In this document: piece after piece, positions 49,668-63,396 of the stretch | Numbering within the stretch: the stretch's first letter is position 1 | How the letters are laid out: every line of letters begins with the position of its first letter | NCBI RefSeq assembly: GCF_009914755.1 | Contig: NC_060939.1 | From: the human T2T-CHM13v2.0 reference genome, Homo sapiens | Direction: 5' to 3' (one strand) | Length of the DNA stretch: 64,000 bases | Translations under genes and position numbers: made by a program | Notes under the pieces: generated by a model | Seen by the model: the letters and a program-made list of their open reading frames with translations, nothing else | Told to the model about the DNA's origin: nothing | The model's database searches: none

Positions 49668-51065
49668 TGTGTCGGGAATTGGTGGGTTCTTGGTTTCGCT
49701 GACTTCAAGAATGAAGCAGCAGACCCTCACGGTGAGTGTTACAGCTCTTAAAGGCAGCGCGGCCAGAGTTGTTCATTCCTCCTGGTGGGTTCGTGGTCTC
49801 GTTGGCTTCAGGAGTGAAGCTGCAGACCTTTGTGGTAAGTCTTAACAGCTCATAAAGGCAGCGTGGACCCAGAGTGAGCAGCGGCAAGATTCATTGCGAA
49901 GAACAAAGCTTCCACACCATGCAAGCGGACCCAAGTGGGTTGCCATTGCTGCTTTGGGCAGCCTGCTTTTATTCCCTTGACTCCACCCACATCCTGCTGA
50001 TTGGTCCATTTTACAGACAGCTGATTGGCCCATTTTACAGAGAGCTGATTGGCCCATTGTACAGAGAGCTGATTGGTCCGTTTTCACAGGGTGTTGATTG
50101 GTGCGTTTACAAACCTTGAGCCAGACACAGAGTGCTGATTGGTGCATTTACAATCCTTTAGGTAGACACAGAAGTTTTCCAAGTCCCCAATAGATTAACT
50201 AGACACAGAGCACTGACTGGTGCCTTTACAAACCTTGAGCTAGACACAGAGCTAATTGGTGCATTTACAATCTTTTAGGTAGACACAAGTTCTCCAAGTC
50301 CCCACTAGATTAGCTAGACACAGAGCACTGATTGGTGCATTTACAAACCTTTAGCTAGACACAGAGTGCCGATTGGTGCATTTACAACCCTTTAGCTAGA
50401 CATAAAAGTTCTCTAAGTCCCCACCCAACTCAGGAGCCCAGCTGGCTTTGCCTAGTGGATCCCACGCCTGGGGCCAAGGGCGGAGCTGCCCGCCAGTCCT
50501 GCACTGCACGCTCACACTCCTCAGCCCTTGGGTGGTCGATGGGACCGGATGTCATGGAGCAGGAGCCTTCACCCATCAGGGAGGCTTGGCGGGAGCCCAC
50601 CAGTTGCGGGGCTCGGGCATGACAGGCTGCGGGTCCCGAGCCCTGCCCCGTGGGGAGGCAGCTGAGGCCTGGCAAGAATCCGAGCTCGATGTGGGCAGGC
50701 CGGCAGTGCTGGGGGACCTGGCGCACCCTCTGCAGCTGCTGGCCCAGATGCTAAGCACCTCACTGCCCAGGGCAGTGCCGTCGGCACTAGCTTGCTGCTG
50801 GGAGCGCGGAGCCTGCTGAGCCCCCGCCCACCCAGAACTCGCACTGGCCCGCCAGCACCATGCACAGCCCAGGTTCCCGCCTGTGGTTCTCCCTCCACAC
50901 CTCCCCGCAAGCAGAGGGAGCCGGCTCCAGTGTCGGCCAGCCCAGAGAGGGGCTCCCACAGTGCAGCAGCGGCCTGAAGGGCTCCTCAAGTGCAGCCAGA
51001 GTGGACGCAGAGCCCCAGGCAGCACCCAGAGCAAGCGAGGGCTGCTAGCACATTGTCACCTCTCA
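49668..51065 (-). mobile_element. Solo LTR12 (ERV9 LTR, LTR12C-like)
   Basis: TGTGTCGGGAATTGGTGGGTTCTTGG...CACCTCTCA ends, tandem CTGATTGG (CCAAT) repeats, GC-rich U3, GT(G/A)C TSD. Confidence 0.93.
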
Positions 51066-51767
51066 GTACTACAAATCTTGATCATTTTTTTTTTCTTTCT
51101 CTTAATATATTGCATGGCACTAACTTTTTTTGTGTATTTAACCAAATTTGCATTTTCAAATACCTATTTAAAATTTCTATTTTGCTTCTCAATGGATTTC
51201 ATGAATCATAGTTTATATAACAACTTCTCCACATAGAAAATAGGAATTCCAAAACCCCAGCAGAAGCTCTCATGTGTTTAATAGCTGGGAAGACACAGAG
51301 GTGGTCAATTTCTGTGAAAATGTTTCTAGGCACGTTTTCTCAATAACAGGCCAGAATACACAGATGTGCCACCCTTACTTAACAATGAGAAATGGGCATT
51401 AACAGAAATGCTGTGTTCCATTCATCTGAGAGTGCACATTTTCACATTTCACATACAGATGCAGCATTTTAAATTTGATAGTGTCAGAACACTGTTGGCC
51501 AGAAGGCAGTTTTAATGTCACTGTCCTCGTGTACACATACATGAAACTGGTCTAAGAATCTTCCTTTGATATCTTTGGATAATATCATCACTGTTGTAAT
51601 TCACAGAAGTGTTTGGAGAGAGAATCTCACAAAGAGTAGTTCAGGACTCTCACAAGAAATGCAGAATCACCATTGCTTCAGATTAGCACAGATGATGAAT
51701 AATCAATCATGGGCTAGTGAAGTAAAAATTATTCTAAAGACTTGGATCTAAGTGGAAAAGACTTTAA

Positions 51768-52144
<377 letters not shown>

Positions 52145-52892
52145 CTAAAATTTCTAATATATTATGTGAAATGTATTTGTTTCATCATTTGGTTGTGGTT
52201 TTATTCTTCCATTCTTATATATAAACAAGTGATACATGTTACAATTGATGCAGTAATACATCTCGCAATTTACTAGAAAAAGTTTTAATACTTGTTAGTG
52301 TACACTATATATTTTAAATACTGTTAGTTCATACAATCCAGCCAACACGAGGAAGTAGGTGCTATTACCATTTCCATAGTCCAATTTTGAATGTGATCCA
52401 AAAACTCTGAAGGAAAGAATTAGGAGAATCTCAGTTTGACACAATCTGTCTCCAGAGACTTAGCTCTCATGAACTGTATTCCAATGTGTTTTCTCTTATA
52501 TGGTAAATACTTTCTAAGTTTAGTTTTAGGAATCTTACCCTGCTCCATGCTCATGAAAATATTTCCCTAAATTGTGTTGTATATATTGGATTAAATATTT
52601 TTTATTTTGGTCTATGATCCACTTGGAATATATTTTGCATTTAATGTGAGGTCACATTTCAGGTTTTAATTCCTCTTAAAGGATATTCAATTTTCTAGAA
52701 CATTTTTGAAAAAAATATCTTTTCCAATTCACTGACTATTCTTGCACTGTAATACTATTTCCTGTTTTTGTCTGCAAATGCATTTAGGTTAAATTTCCTC
52801 TGTGGTCACATAATCATCACGTATAGAGAAAATTTTATTTTTGTGTTGTGCAATAAGACATTCTTTTTTTTTCAAATGCATTCGTAATTGTT

Positions 52893-53015
52893 CCTTTCTT
52901 CTTCTTCTTCCTCTTCTTCTTCTTCTTACTCTTCTTCTTCTTCCTCTTCCTCCTCCTCCTCCTCCTCCTCCTCCTCCTCTTCCTCCTCCTCTTCCCCTTC
53001 CTCTTCTCCTTCTCT
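52893..53015. repeat. (CTT)n/(CCT)n pyrimidine tract derived from an Alu tail
   Basis: Read directly from the sequence. Confidence 0.9.
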
Positions 53016-53303
53016 TTTTTGAGATACGGTCTTACTCTATCACCCACATTGGAGTGCAGTGGCATGATCACAGCTCGCAGCAGTCTTGACCTCCCAGGTT
53101 CAAGCAATCTTCTTGCCTCTGCCACATGAGTGGCTGGCACTGCAGATGCATGCCACCATGCCTGGCTAATTTTTCACTTTTTTTGTAGAGACAGGATTTT
53201 GCCATGTTGCCTAGGCTGGTCTCAAACTCCTGAGCTCAAGTGATTTTCCTGCCTCAACCTCTCGGAGTACTGGGATTACCAACGTGAGCCACTGCAGCTA
53301 GCC
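53015..53303 (-). mobile_element. AluJ-like
   Basis: Diverged dimer. Confidence 0.9.
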
Positions 53304-53469
53304 CATAATTGTTTTTCAAATAACCATTTCAATTATTGTAATCTGTTCACACATTCTCTGCCCTAAATTGAATTCCAATATCACGTTTTGAATAAATGTC
53401 AGGTGTGATACATTCTGTTTTAGCATTTTTCAGAAAGATCTCCTGAAATATCTCTGTTTGAAAAGGAGA

Positions 53470-55131
53470 AAAACAGACTATTCTGGGAGCCATAGGGCTG
53501 CTTGTACTGGTTGCAGTCAGGTGCCTGAAGCTTTTCCAAGCAAGTGGTCAATGCTGTGAGTGACTTTGCAGTTATGGGGTCCTGGTGGTGGTACCACCTC
53601 CACAGCAGCACTAAGCATTATCCTAGTGAGGACTCTGTGCTGACCCTGCTTTTATAGCTTCACCAGGCATGCTCTTGTGGAGAGTCTTTGCAGCAGCTCC
53701 AACCTACATTCCCACTTAATATTGCTCTACTGGGGGCTCTCTTTGGGGGCTCTACCCCTGTGAGAAATCTCTGATTGGGACCCCAGGCTTTTGAAATTTT
53801 TTTTTAAATTTGTGGAGGCTACCAAGCCTCCAGAGCTCTTGTTTTCTGTAAGCCTACAGAATTACCACCTCATAAGCATTTCCAGGTAGTACAATTTGTA
53901 TCTTCCAGAGCTGGGGCACAAGCCCCACTTGGGAGCCAAAGCAGGTGGAATTCAGAGAGCAGCACCCTAAAGTGGCACATGGCAATGCCACCACCTGTCC
54001 CCAGAAACAATCCTGTCCCCTTATGCTGCTGGGCCTCTGATGGGATGGACAGCCTAGAAGATTACTGAAATGCCTGTGGGGTTTTTCTTCCATTGTCTTG
54101 AGTATTGACACCTAGCTCCCTTTAAATCATGCCCGTCTCTGGAACACTGTGGCTCTGCCGCAACCTTGGACTATTCTCCTGGAAAGGCTTTTTCATTCTC
54201 ACTTGGCCAGGCTTCAGATTTTTTCTTTGTGTTTTTCTTTTCTCTAGCAGTTTTACCTTAAGCAGTTAGGAGTAACCACGCTACAGCTTGAACACTTTGA
54301 AGCTTAGAAATTTCTCCCGTCAGGTTCCCTAGTTCATCACTCTGAAGATAGGCCTCTCACAAAGCCCTTGAGCATGGACACAGCCACATTACTTGCCCGT
54401 TGATTTTAAGAATGGCCTTAATTTCCAATGTCTAATTCCTCAGCTCCATCTGAAACTTAGTCAGAATGGCCTTAAATCTTCATATTTCTGTAAACAGTCT
54501 GTTCACAACAACTTCACCTGTCTCTAAGGACTCCCAAACTTTTCCCATTTTCTTGTTTTCTAACCCCTCACCAGAACCTAGGCTTTTTCCAGCCTGTTTT
54601 TCCAAATTCTTCAAACTTCTGCCCTATTAATACCTAGTTCCAAGACTAGTTTTACAGTTTCAGGTATGGTATTCATTATCAGCAAGATCACACTTCTCAT
54701 CACTGATTTCTGTAGTAACCTTTGTTCTTTGCTTATAAAACAGAATACAGAATATTGGGTAATTTATTTTTAAAAATTATTTCTTTTGGTTATGGAGGCT
54801 GAGAGGTCCAAGGTTAAGGGGCAGTATCTGGCAATAGCCTGTTGTTGGTGGAGACTCTCCGAAGATTCCTGAGGCCACACAGGGTATCGGCTGGCTGGAG
54901 GTTTGGAATGCTAGTGCAGACCTCTCTTCCTCCGACAAAGTCACCACTTAACCTCACATAATAAACCATTAATCCTTTAACCCATTAATACTTTAGTAGA
55001 TGTATCCACTTATAAGGGCAGAGCACTTATGATATGGTCACCTCTATGAGGCCCCAACTCTCAATGCTGCCACATTGGGGATTAAATTTAAAAATGAGTT
55101 CGGTTAAGGGAAAATGTTCCAACCACAGTAA
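53470..55131 (-). mobile_element. MaLR (MST-type) 5' LTR (about 54712-55131) with internal fragment
   Basis: GGAGGCTGAGAGGTCCAAGG and CACATTGGGGATTAAATTT LTR motifs; MaLR-int-like sequence to the left. Confidence 0.7.
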
Positions 55132-57112
55132 CTGTCACAAGATCCGCTGTTTCCCATATAATACTCTTCTACCCATGTTGTGGAGTATTAGTCCCATTTT
55201 AAACTGGTAGTCTAGATCAGTTACTCCTGACCACACTGCAACTGTGTTCTCAGTCTTTTGACTCAGAAATATAAGGAGCTTAATATGGCTGAGTGGCAGT
55301 CTTAACTTTTAGTTCAGTTGAATAATTGCTGTATCTCTTAGCAGCAGCATTCCTCTGTCTGTAAGACCTCTAGACCAGTATAGCTTAAAATCACAGGAAC
55401 AGAAAGTAAAATTTTTGCTAGTGTTACGTTAGGAATAGTGAATGGTGCAACTCTAATTTTTAATCCTGTGATTTCTAAACCTGTAAATTATGGTTTGGGG
55501 ATAAAATTTTCTATATAATACATTCTGATTTTTTAGCATATACAATCTTCAGATGAACCTTGACTCAAACCTGCATAGTGTTCTCACCTAGCAGGTACCA
55601 TACCTGTGACTTCCAAAGGCATATTCCACCATTTTATCCAACCAGTTTCTCCAAGATTATGGTGTGCATGGAAAAACCAGTGAAATTTATGAGCATAAGA
55701 TCATTGCAACAATTTTATGGTTGTGTAGTTCTTTGTTGAGAAGGAATGCTGTATGGAATACTATCATTGTATATAAGGCAGGCTTTAAGTCCATGGATGG
55801 GTTTTGGCAAAAGGTCTGCATGCAGAAAAGGAAAACACATAATCAGAATAAGGGTCTATTCAGTAGGAAGCAAACCCCAGCCCCTTCCATGATCAGAGTA
55901 GGTCAATATAACCAACCTACCACCGGGTTAATGGTCGACTATTCTGGGGAATTGTGCCTTATCAGGGACTCAATGTTGGTCTTTTGGTGGGAATCCATAT
56001 GGAACACAAATGTCTTCACATTTTCTTTTGCCACTCAGAGAGGGCTATCCACATGATTCTATTGCAAATTACTTTGTCAGCATGTTTCAATCATGTATTT
56101 CCAAGTTTCTGACTGATCAAATCATTGTACGCAGCCCATGAATCAATATATAAGCACACTCACAATAATTTTTCCTTCCAAGCAAAGTGCACAGCTAGAT
56201 ATACTGACTGATTTATGTCGATAGAGAAGATTTATTTCCCCACTGTCCTTCAGGGATGTCCCAGAAAGGGCGATAGTGCTGCAGCTGTCTACTTTCAGGT
56301 GGTGTCTGGATATCCTGAAGAACCATCTGAACAGTCTTCTCTTACTCTGTCAACTGATTATAGGGAACTCTTCATGAGGCCATAAGTGCAGATTAGGAGA
56401 GAGAAGGCAATGTGGCAGGAGTGGAGATTGTAGGCAGTTGTATATTTCTTCATGTAACTTGTGTTTTCAGGACCTGTTCTGGACCAATCACATATGTACC
56501 ATTTCCATTTGTTAGAGTGCTACCATGCACACTCAACTTTATGGCTAGGTGGGTCAGGAAACACTTCATTCATGATGGGCAGCTCAGGATACATGGAACT
56601 TGGTGGCTCAAAATCATGCATTTTATTTTATTACAACCCAGTGGTAGGACACAAACTGACCCTGAAAAAGAGGGTATTTATCTGTGGATAAGGGCAGTGC
56701 CTTGCTCCAAAATTTGAAGACCCTCTACTGTGATTTACCTGTGGGAGCCTAAGAAAGACTCCAAAGAACATCTCTATCTGCCACTGACACCTCAAGTACT
56801 GTTGGATCTGCTGGATTATATGGCCTAAGTGGAAAAGCTGCTTGCATGGCAGCCTGTACTGCTGAAGTCTTGTGTTCTGGGCCCCCTCAAACCTAGAAGC
56901 TTTTTGAGTTGTTTGGTAGATGGGCCAGAGTAACACACCCAAAGGACAAAATTGTTGCCTCCAAAATCCAAATAGGCCCGCTAGGCCTTGTGCCTTTTTC
57001 TTGGTTGTTGGTGAGACCAGATGCAACCAATTTTACTTTATTTTGGAAGGAATACCTCAAAATGTTCCACACCACTGGATATCTACAAATTTCACTAATG
57101 TAGAAGGCCTCT

Positions 57113-57275
57113 GAATTTCATTTAAATATATTGCCCACATAATATATTTCTGTGGGCTGAATATATATATTAACATAATATATATTCAGTTAAATATATT
57201 GCCCACATAATATATATTGCCCACAATATATATTAACAGAATTTCAGTTAAATATATTGCCCACATATTATGTCA
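57113..57275. repeat. Imperfect tandem duplications of AAATATATTGCCCACAT
   Basis: ATATATTGCCCACA occurs four times. Confidence 0.8.
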
Positions 57276-58189
57276 TAATATATTGTCTGACATAAAAATA
57301 TTTTATGAGTATGCTAAGTGTAAATGCTACTTGACATTCACTTGGTCCAATCACCATTATCCCATCAATGAAATGGACCAATGTGATACCTGTGGAAGGG
57401 AAGTTAATGAAGTGTTCTGTTTGTGACATGGGATAGATGGTTAATATACTCCTCAGGTAGGACAGTTAAGGTTTAGTGCTGTCTGTGGCATCTGAAAACA
57501 AACTTCTTTTGAAACTTATGGACAGAGATAGAGATAAAGCATTCACTAGATCAGTAGCTACATACCAGTTCCAGGAAATGTGTTAATTTGCTGGAACAAT
57601 GAAACAACATTTTGTATAACAACTTCAATTTTAGTTGATACTTGATTGAGCTTCTGGGAATATACTGTCATTATCTAGTATCCATTTATCTTCTGCATAG
57701 GCCAAATAGGAGAGTTGCATGGGAATGTGGTGAAAATAACCATTCTTGCATCTTCCAAGTCCGTGATGGTGGCACTAATGTCTTAAATTCCTCCAAAGAT
57801 GCAGTTATGTTTTTGATTTAATATTTTCCTAGATAGAAGCATCTCTCTTGGATTGCATTTGTGCTTTCTCACCCTAATTGTTCTCATTGGTTAGGCTACC
57901 AATATGGGCATTCTTTCAGCTGTTATGTGTTTCTATTCCGATTATGCATCAGGAACTGGAAAATTATCAGAGAATGGCTTCAGGGACCCACCAGACCCAC
58001 TGTGAGTCAGACATGAGCTAAAACTCCATTAATCACCTGACCTCTATAAGAAGGTACTCTAATTAGTGGGCTACAGGGTTACTGTGGGTCTCCTGGAATC
58101 AATGTCAAGTGCAGAGTCAGTGTCCAGTGATCCTCAAAATTTATTTTATTAAAGCACAGTTACTGAAGGATGATTTTCAGTGCCACTTA

Positions 58190-59145
58190 AAACCAGCTGG
58201 AGACTTCCATGGCTGGCGATGCCCCTGCTCAGGCCTCCCTCCACCTCGGACTCACTGCAGGAGGCACCCTGCCCTCTCACCCTTCCAGATGGCACCTAGC
58301 TTGCACTCTGCCCTGGATCCCACACTGGCTGTGAGATCCATGCTTAGCCTGCAGCTGGGCTGGGCCTGCCACAAACTGCTTCACCTTGGGCACTGGCATC
58401 TGGATGAGGGGAATGCAGTGGCACCCAAAAAACTCGGAGACATCAGTAACCCCAAAGTCCCAAAGTGGGTGTTATAGCATGCTACAGCTCGTTCAGTACC
58501 ATTGCCTCACTCTGACTCATGACTCTAGAGCTGGCCCAGCCCTCCTGCAGCTTCCCATCATGTGCAGTGGTTGGTGGGTACCGGCAGAGTGTGGAGGGCC
58601 ACAGTATTACAGCTTTTTTGTACTCGCATTTGTTTGGCAGTTCCTGAGTTCTCATGTCCAAGGAGAATGAGGTTACACTGACAGTCAAAGTGTCAGAAAG
58701 GCAGAGAAGAGTTTTATTGAGTGATGGAACAGCTCTCAGTAGAGAGAATACATTAGGCAGGTGGTCCTCCCCACCCAGAGGCAGGTAGTCCCCAAGTGTG
58801 GCTGAGTCCAGGGCTTTTATGGGCTCAGAATGGGGGAGTGCATGCTGATTGGTTTGTGAGAATGCATAAAATGGTAAAATAAGCGACCACTCAAAGGTGG
58901 GTGCAATGGTGCCAAAAAAAAAAGAAAATTAGGAAAGAGTAGGTATATGTAAAGTAGGTGAAGGGTGGGGACCAATCAGAGGAAAGTGTGCCAAACGAGG
59001 AGCTTCCCAATATGGTCTGTGGATTTATCTGAGTCTTGGAGCTTGGCTTTCAGGCTTTAAACAGTCTTTGGTTTGAAGGTGGGGTTTCATCGGGGAGCGG
59101 CCCATATCTGCCTAAGGATGTGTCTACCTCCTGCTGCTGTCATTA
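58190..59145 (-). mobile_element. ERV1 LTR, MER52-like, inserted in ERVL
   Basis: Minus strand starts TAATGACAGCAGCAGGAGG...CCTTCAAACCAAAGAC; absent from the paralog near 41900-41980. Confidence 0.55.
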
Positions 59146-59761
59146 CTCTAGTAAGTGATTGTAGGTTCCTTTTAGGAAGGATAGCAGAAATATAAACTAT
59201 AACATTTTGGTAGTGTACTTGTGTCCTACTTCAAGAGGACTGGGCTGCTGCTCCTTTCAAGGGGTTCTGAGATTGTAAACTCGCTCAATTGTGAGAATTG
59301 AGTGAGGTTCTTTGAGTCTCTGGTTTTTAGGATTTGAGGTAGAATCTTGTTCATTTGATCTAAAGATTTTCTGCTTCTTCAAATCAAGTAAGCCTTTAGT
59401 AGGCTACCTGTGTACTTCAATTCCAAGAACACTATTATAAACTAGCCAGCAACATAAATCTATAGGAATCAGATGAACCTGATTGTTGCTTCGCCTTTGC
59501 TGTCCATTGACATAACTATGCCAACCTTGCCTTTGAAGATCGAATGTTGCTACTTGCTCCCAAGATTCCCTGAAACTCGGTTATTCCCCTTGCATTTTGA
59601 TTTTCCAGTTGGTGTACTGTGGTTTCTGTATTAAGGTCTGGTCTACAGAGAAGAGAGATCAGGGAGCTCTTCAGTTGTACCCAGCCTCCCCACACAAATC
59701 TACCTAACAAAGTCCTGATAAACAGTATGTTTTCTGGAGTCTATCAATATGGGTAAGTTGC

Positions 59762-60250
59762 ATTTATTTTTTTATTTATTTAGAAACAGAGTCTCACTTT
59801 TTTTGCCCAGGCTGGAGTACAGTGGCATGATTTCAGCTTACCGCAAACTCTGCCTCCTGGATTCAAACCATCCTCCGGCCTCAGCCTCCTGAGTAGCTGG
59901 GGCAACAGGTGTGTGCTACCATGTCTGGCTAATTTTTGTAGTTTTTTGTAGAGGTGGGGTTTCACCATGTTGGCAAGGCTGGTCTTTTTTTTTTTTTTTT
60001 TCCATTTGAATTTTAGAATGAGTTTTTCTTTTTTTTTCAATTTTTTTTATTATACTTTAAGTTTTAGGGTATATGTGCACAACGTGCAGGTTAGTTACAT
60101 ATGTATACATGTGCCATGTTGGCGTGCTGCACCCATTAACTCGTCACTTAACCCTAGGTGTGAAGGCTGGTCTTAAACTCCTGACCTCAAGTGATGGACC
60201 TGTCTTGGCTTCCAAAAGTGCTGGAATTACAGGCATGAGCCACCATGCCC
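59762..60250 (-). mobile_element. Alu interrupted by a short L1PA 3' end (59987-60162)
   Basis: TSD AAGGCTGGTCTT at 59975-59986 and 60163-60174. Confidence 0.9.
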
Positions 60251-60531
60251 TGCTGTAAGTTGCTTTTAAACGGCAGATCCATTCTAGCATTCCTATCTCC
60301 CTAGGCCTATGAATTCCTTCATCCAACATAATACAGGGAAGATGGGGGAATCACCGACTTGCTCATGGTCATACATCTGTTGAACTATACTTCAGCCAAC
60401 CTGTCATAAAACTACTAATACCATCCTTAAATACCCAAGCTGCAACATTAAACCGGAATATCTGCTTAATGGCCCCATATCATTAAATTTGGACCGATTC
60501 AAGTTTATATTCCTTCTACTGTTATCAACGC

Positions 60532-60707
60532 TTTTTTTTTTTTCTTGTTTTGGTTTCTTACAGATGAGGTCTTGTTCCTTTGGCCAGGCTGGAGTGCAGT
60601 GGCACAGTCATCACTCACTGTAGCTTCAAACACCTGGGTTCCAGCATTCATCCCACTTCAGCCTCCCGTGTAGCCGGGACTACAGGTACAAGCCACCACA
60701 CCCAGCT
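60532..60707 (-). mobile_element. Alu monomer (J/FRAM-like)
   Basis: CCAGGCTGGAGTGCAGTGGC...GGGACTACAGG. Confidence 0.85.
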
Positions 60708-61683
60708 ATCCACAGCCATAATCTTTATTTCCACATAGGGTCTTCAGATTTCTGTTTGCATTAGTTAGAAAGCTCAGGTAGCTTTTTTCACATATATCAC
60801 ACCTCCTCATGGGCATGTTGTAACTTTAGTCTCACCATGAGTCTAGAAGAAACACAGCGGTCAGGGGTGGGTCTTGAAGATAATCAGCAGTGTATTGTTT
60901 GACAGCTGCTTCAGGGGAAGCCATTACCGTTTCCTTAGGCATTGTAGCTGTAAGCTACTCAGACACATATGGAAAGGCCTACATCACTTTGTGTGAGAAG
61001 GCCATTGCCAAGGGTGGCTGTAAGGAGGCTACTTCTGCTGGCAATAAAAACTCATTAGAATTTAGGAGATCAGTGTCCCCAGCCACATCAGTCTTCCCAT
61101 CCATCCTCATCCCAAGTTACAGGATGCTATTCTTTCTCAACTTCCACTTCAACAGTAGACACCCTGCCAGACTGAGGAGTTCAGTGTTTCTTGTAATTCA
61201 GCCAGTGGCATGATAAGGGCTTGTGTTTGACTTTTAGCAAATACTTCCCTGTGGCTACAAGAGAGTTTTCTGGCTCAGAGCACAGGTAGAAACTCTTAGG
61301 CTGTGTATGTGGAGCTGGTTCTGCAAAATTGAATCCCTAAGCTCATTATTGTCTTTCATCAAATTTCCTAGTGAAATTAGAAGCAACAAACCCGTCATCA
61401 TTATGTTCCATGGTTTTATGCAAATGTCTGTATTACATACAGAGTAAACAAGTACCTTGCCTCTTATCAGTGTTTAATTAAGAGCATCAAATGCAGACAT
61501 TTTGGGGATCTCTAAAAACAGTTCATGTCATTGACTGTCATTGCTCTTTCTACTGTTAGAAGTACAGTTCTTAGAATTTAGGTCCAATCAGATTAGAAAG
61601 CCAATTCTAGAAACCCCAAATTTGATTAAGGACACTCATCCTTAAAATTCTCTTCCTATACAACTGTTCTTACTACCAAAATC

Positions 61684-61761
61684 TATACTAGTCAGGGTTA
61701 TCTAGAGCAACAGAAGCAATAGGATAGATATGTAGGAGCTAGCTAGCTAGCGGTAGATAGG

Positions 61762-61806
<45 letters not shown>

Positions 61807-61965
61807 TTTTAGGGGAACTGAATCATAGGATTATGGAGGCTGACCGTTTCCACCACATGCCATGTAAAGCTGGAGATCCTGGGATGCTTTTTGGGTACCA
61901 TAGTCTAAGTCCAAAATGCTCAAACCAGAGAAAACCTTGTTTAAACACTCAGTATGAGACTGAAT
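61684..61965 (-). mobile_element. MLT2 LTR, truncated, containing a (GATA)n microsatellite at 61762-61805
   Basis: Paralog of 44176-44400. Confidence 0.75.
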
Positions 61966-63396
61966 GCCATCAGAAAGTCTTTCAATTGAGTCTCCTGTCA
62001 TTTTGAAATACCACCATATTTAAGATTTAATATTGTTATGTGGCTGATTCATTGGTTGCATTGTTGTTGAGCATTTTGTTGTTTGATCACCACTAGATAC
62101 TCCAGGCTAATTGTATTTAGTCCCTGTTCAAGTCAATTATTGACCTTTTTTTCACAGATCCCTACCTTTTTTGTTGGAGAATGAAATTTAAAATGAAGAT
62201 TTGGGCACTCATTGGTTGTACACATTGTTACTGGTGAACGTGTTGATTGGAGGCCTTCCTAGCTAACAGAGCAAAGAGTAAATATACACATATGTTTACA
62301 AATTTCTACAAGTCTCCATATGTATCTGCATTAAATTAAACATGAATTCCTGCAGCGTCCTCAGTCCCACACGATCTTATTCAGCACCATGTGAATCTGT
62401 CTACCCATCTCACTAATCTATATGTAGCCTACCACTGTAATATTTAACCACCTGAAAATGCAGGCATAGTGGTTTCAGAATAAGAAACACACAACCCCAT
62501 GAGAAACACCCTTACCACCTGTTTATGTATACCAACTGCTTATGTATAAATCCTTTAGCCTTTAGACAGAATCTGCACTTATTATGCAAGTTGCTTAGGA
62601 AGGCTTATTTTTCCCCTTCCTTCAGTGGATTATTTCATAGATTTGTATAAAGTATTTTCTCTGCATTTCTTCCTGGACTGTTCCTATCTACTAAATAAGT
62701 TATTTTGTTAATTTACATACTTTTAGCTTCACTCTTTGTGTTATAAAGTTTTCTGGGAGTTGAAAAACTGTACCTTTTATCCACGTTACAGTAGCATACA
62801 TAATAATATACAAAGAGAAATTTTCTATCTTTACAGATTTGTCTTTCCTTTTTGCTGAGACCCGGGTAACCAATAAACTCTTTACTGTCTTTATACTTAT
62901 GCCTTTTCTAGAGTGTCATATATTTTTTAAAAAAGTATTTTGCTTTTTCCAAATTGCTTTTTGGACTTAGTAATATGCCTTTTGGGTTAGTAAAGGATAT
63001 CTTCTGGTTGGGATTTACATTTCCCTAATGACAGAGGCATTGAGCATCTTTCCATATGCTTATTAAACATTACTATAGCTTATTTGGAGACATGATTGTT
63101 CAAATTTTCTATTTTTGATTGGAGCATTTGTCTTTGGATTTTTGAGTTGTAAGATGTTGTAGTATATTCTGGATTATAAATTCTTATTGGCTATTTGACA
63201 TACAAAGACTTTTCTCCCATTTTTAAATTTTTATTCTTTTATTATGTACCTTAAATTATGATATATTTTATTAGTGATTTTTCAATATATCTATTTTCTC
63301 CTTCCTCTTGTGCATTAGTTGTCATATCTTAGAAACCATTGTTTTTGTTAAACAATTTGTTTCTGTTTTTAGTTTTGGCTATTTAGATGTATGATT
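61966..63396 (-). mobile_element. L1MC-type unit copy lacking the Tigger and MER50 insertions
   Basis: Collinear with 44401-45230 joined to 48250-49320. Confidence 0.7.

Larger units (their letters stand above)
55135..61683 (-). mobile_element. ERVL internal region (pol and gag, decayed)
   Basis: Minus-strand PTTKKKAQGLAGLFGFWRQ (ERVL pol); follows the MLT2 LTR. Confidence 0.85.

Noticed and set aside
49990-50420. Spaced repeats superficially like a CRISPR array
   Set aside because: Standard LTR12 tandem enhancer repeats with no unique spacers, in a eukaryotic context.
50430-51236. Cluster of overlapping 60-152 aa ORFs and CpG-island-like DNA
   Set aside because: Explained by the GC-rich LTR12 U3.
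51690-51760. GATGATGA C-box-like motif suggesting a C/D snoRNA
   Set aside because: No D box with terminal stem, and the motif is not kept in the paralog near 30220.
52835-53140. Lys/Arg-rich and Pro/Leu-rich ORFs
   Set aside because: Translation of a simple repeat plus Alu.
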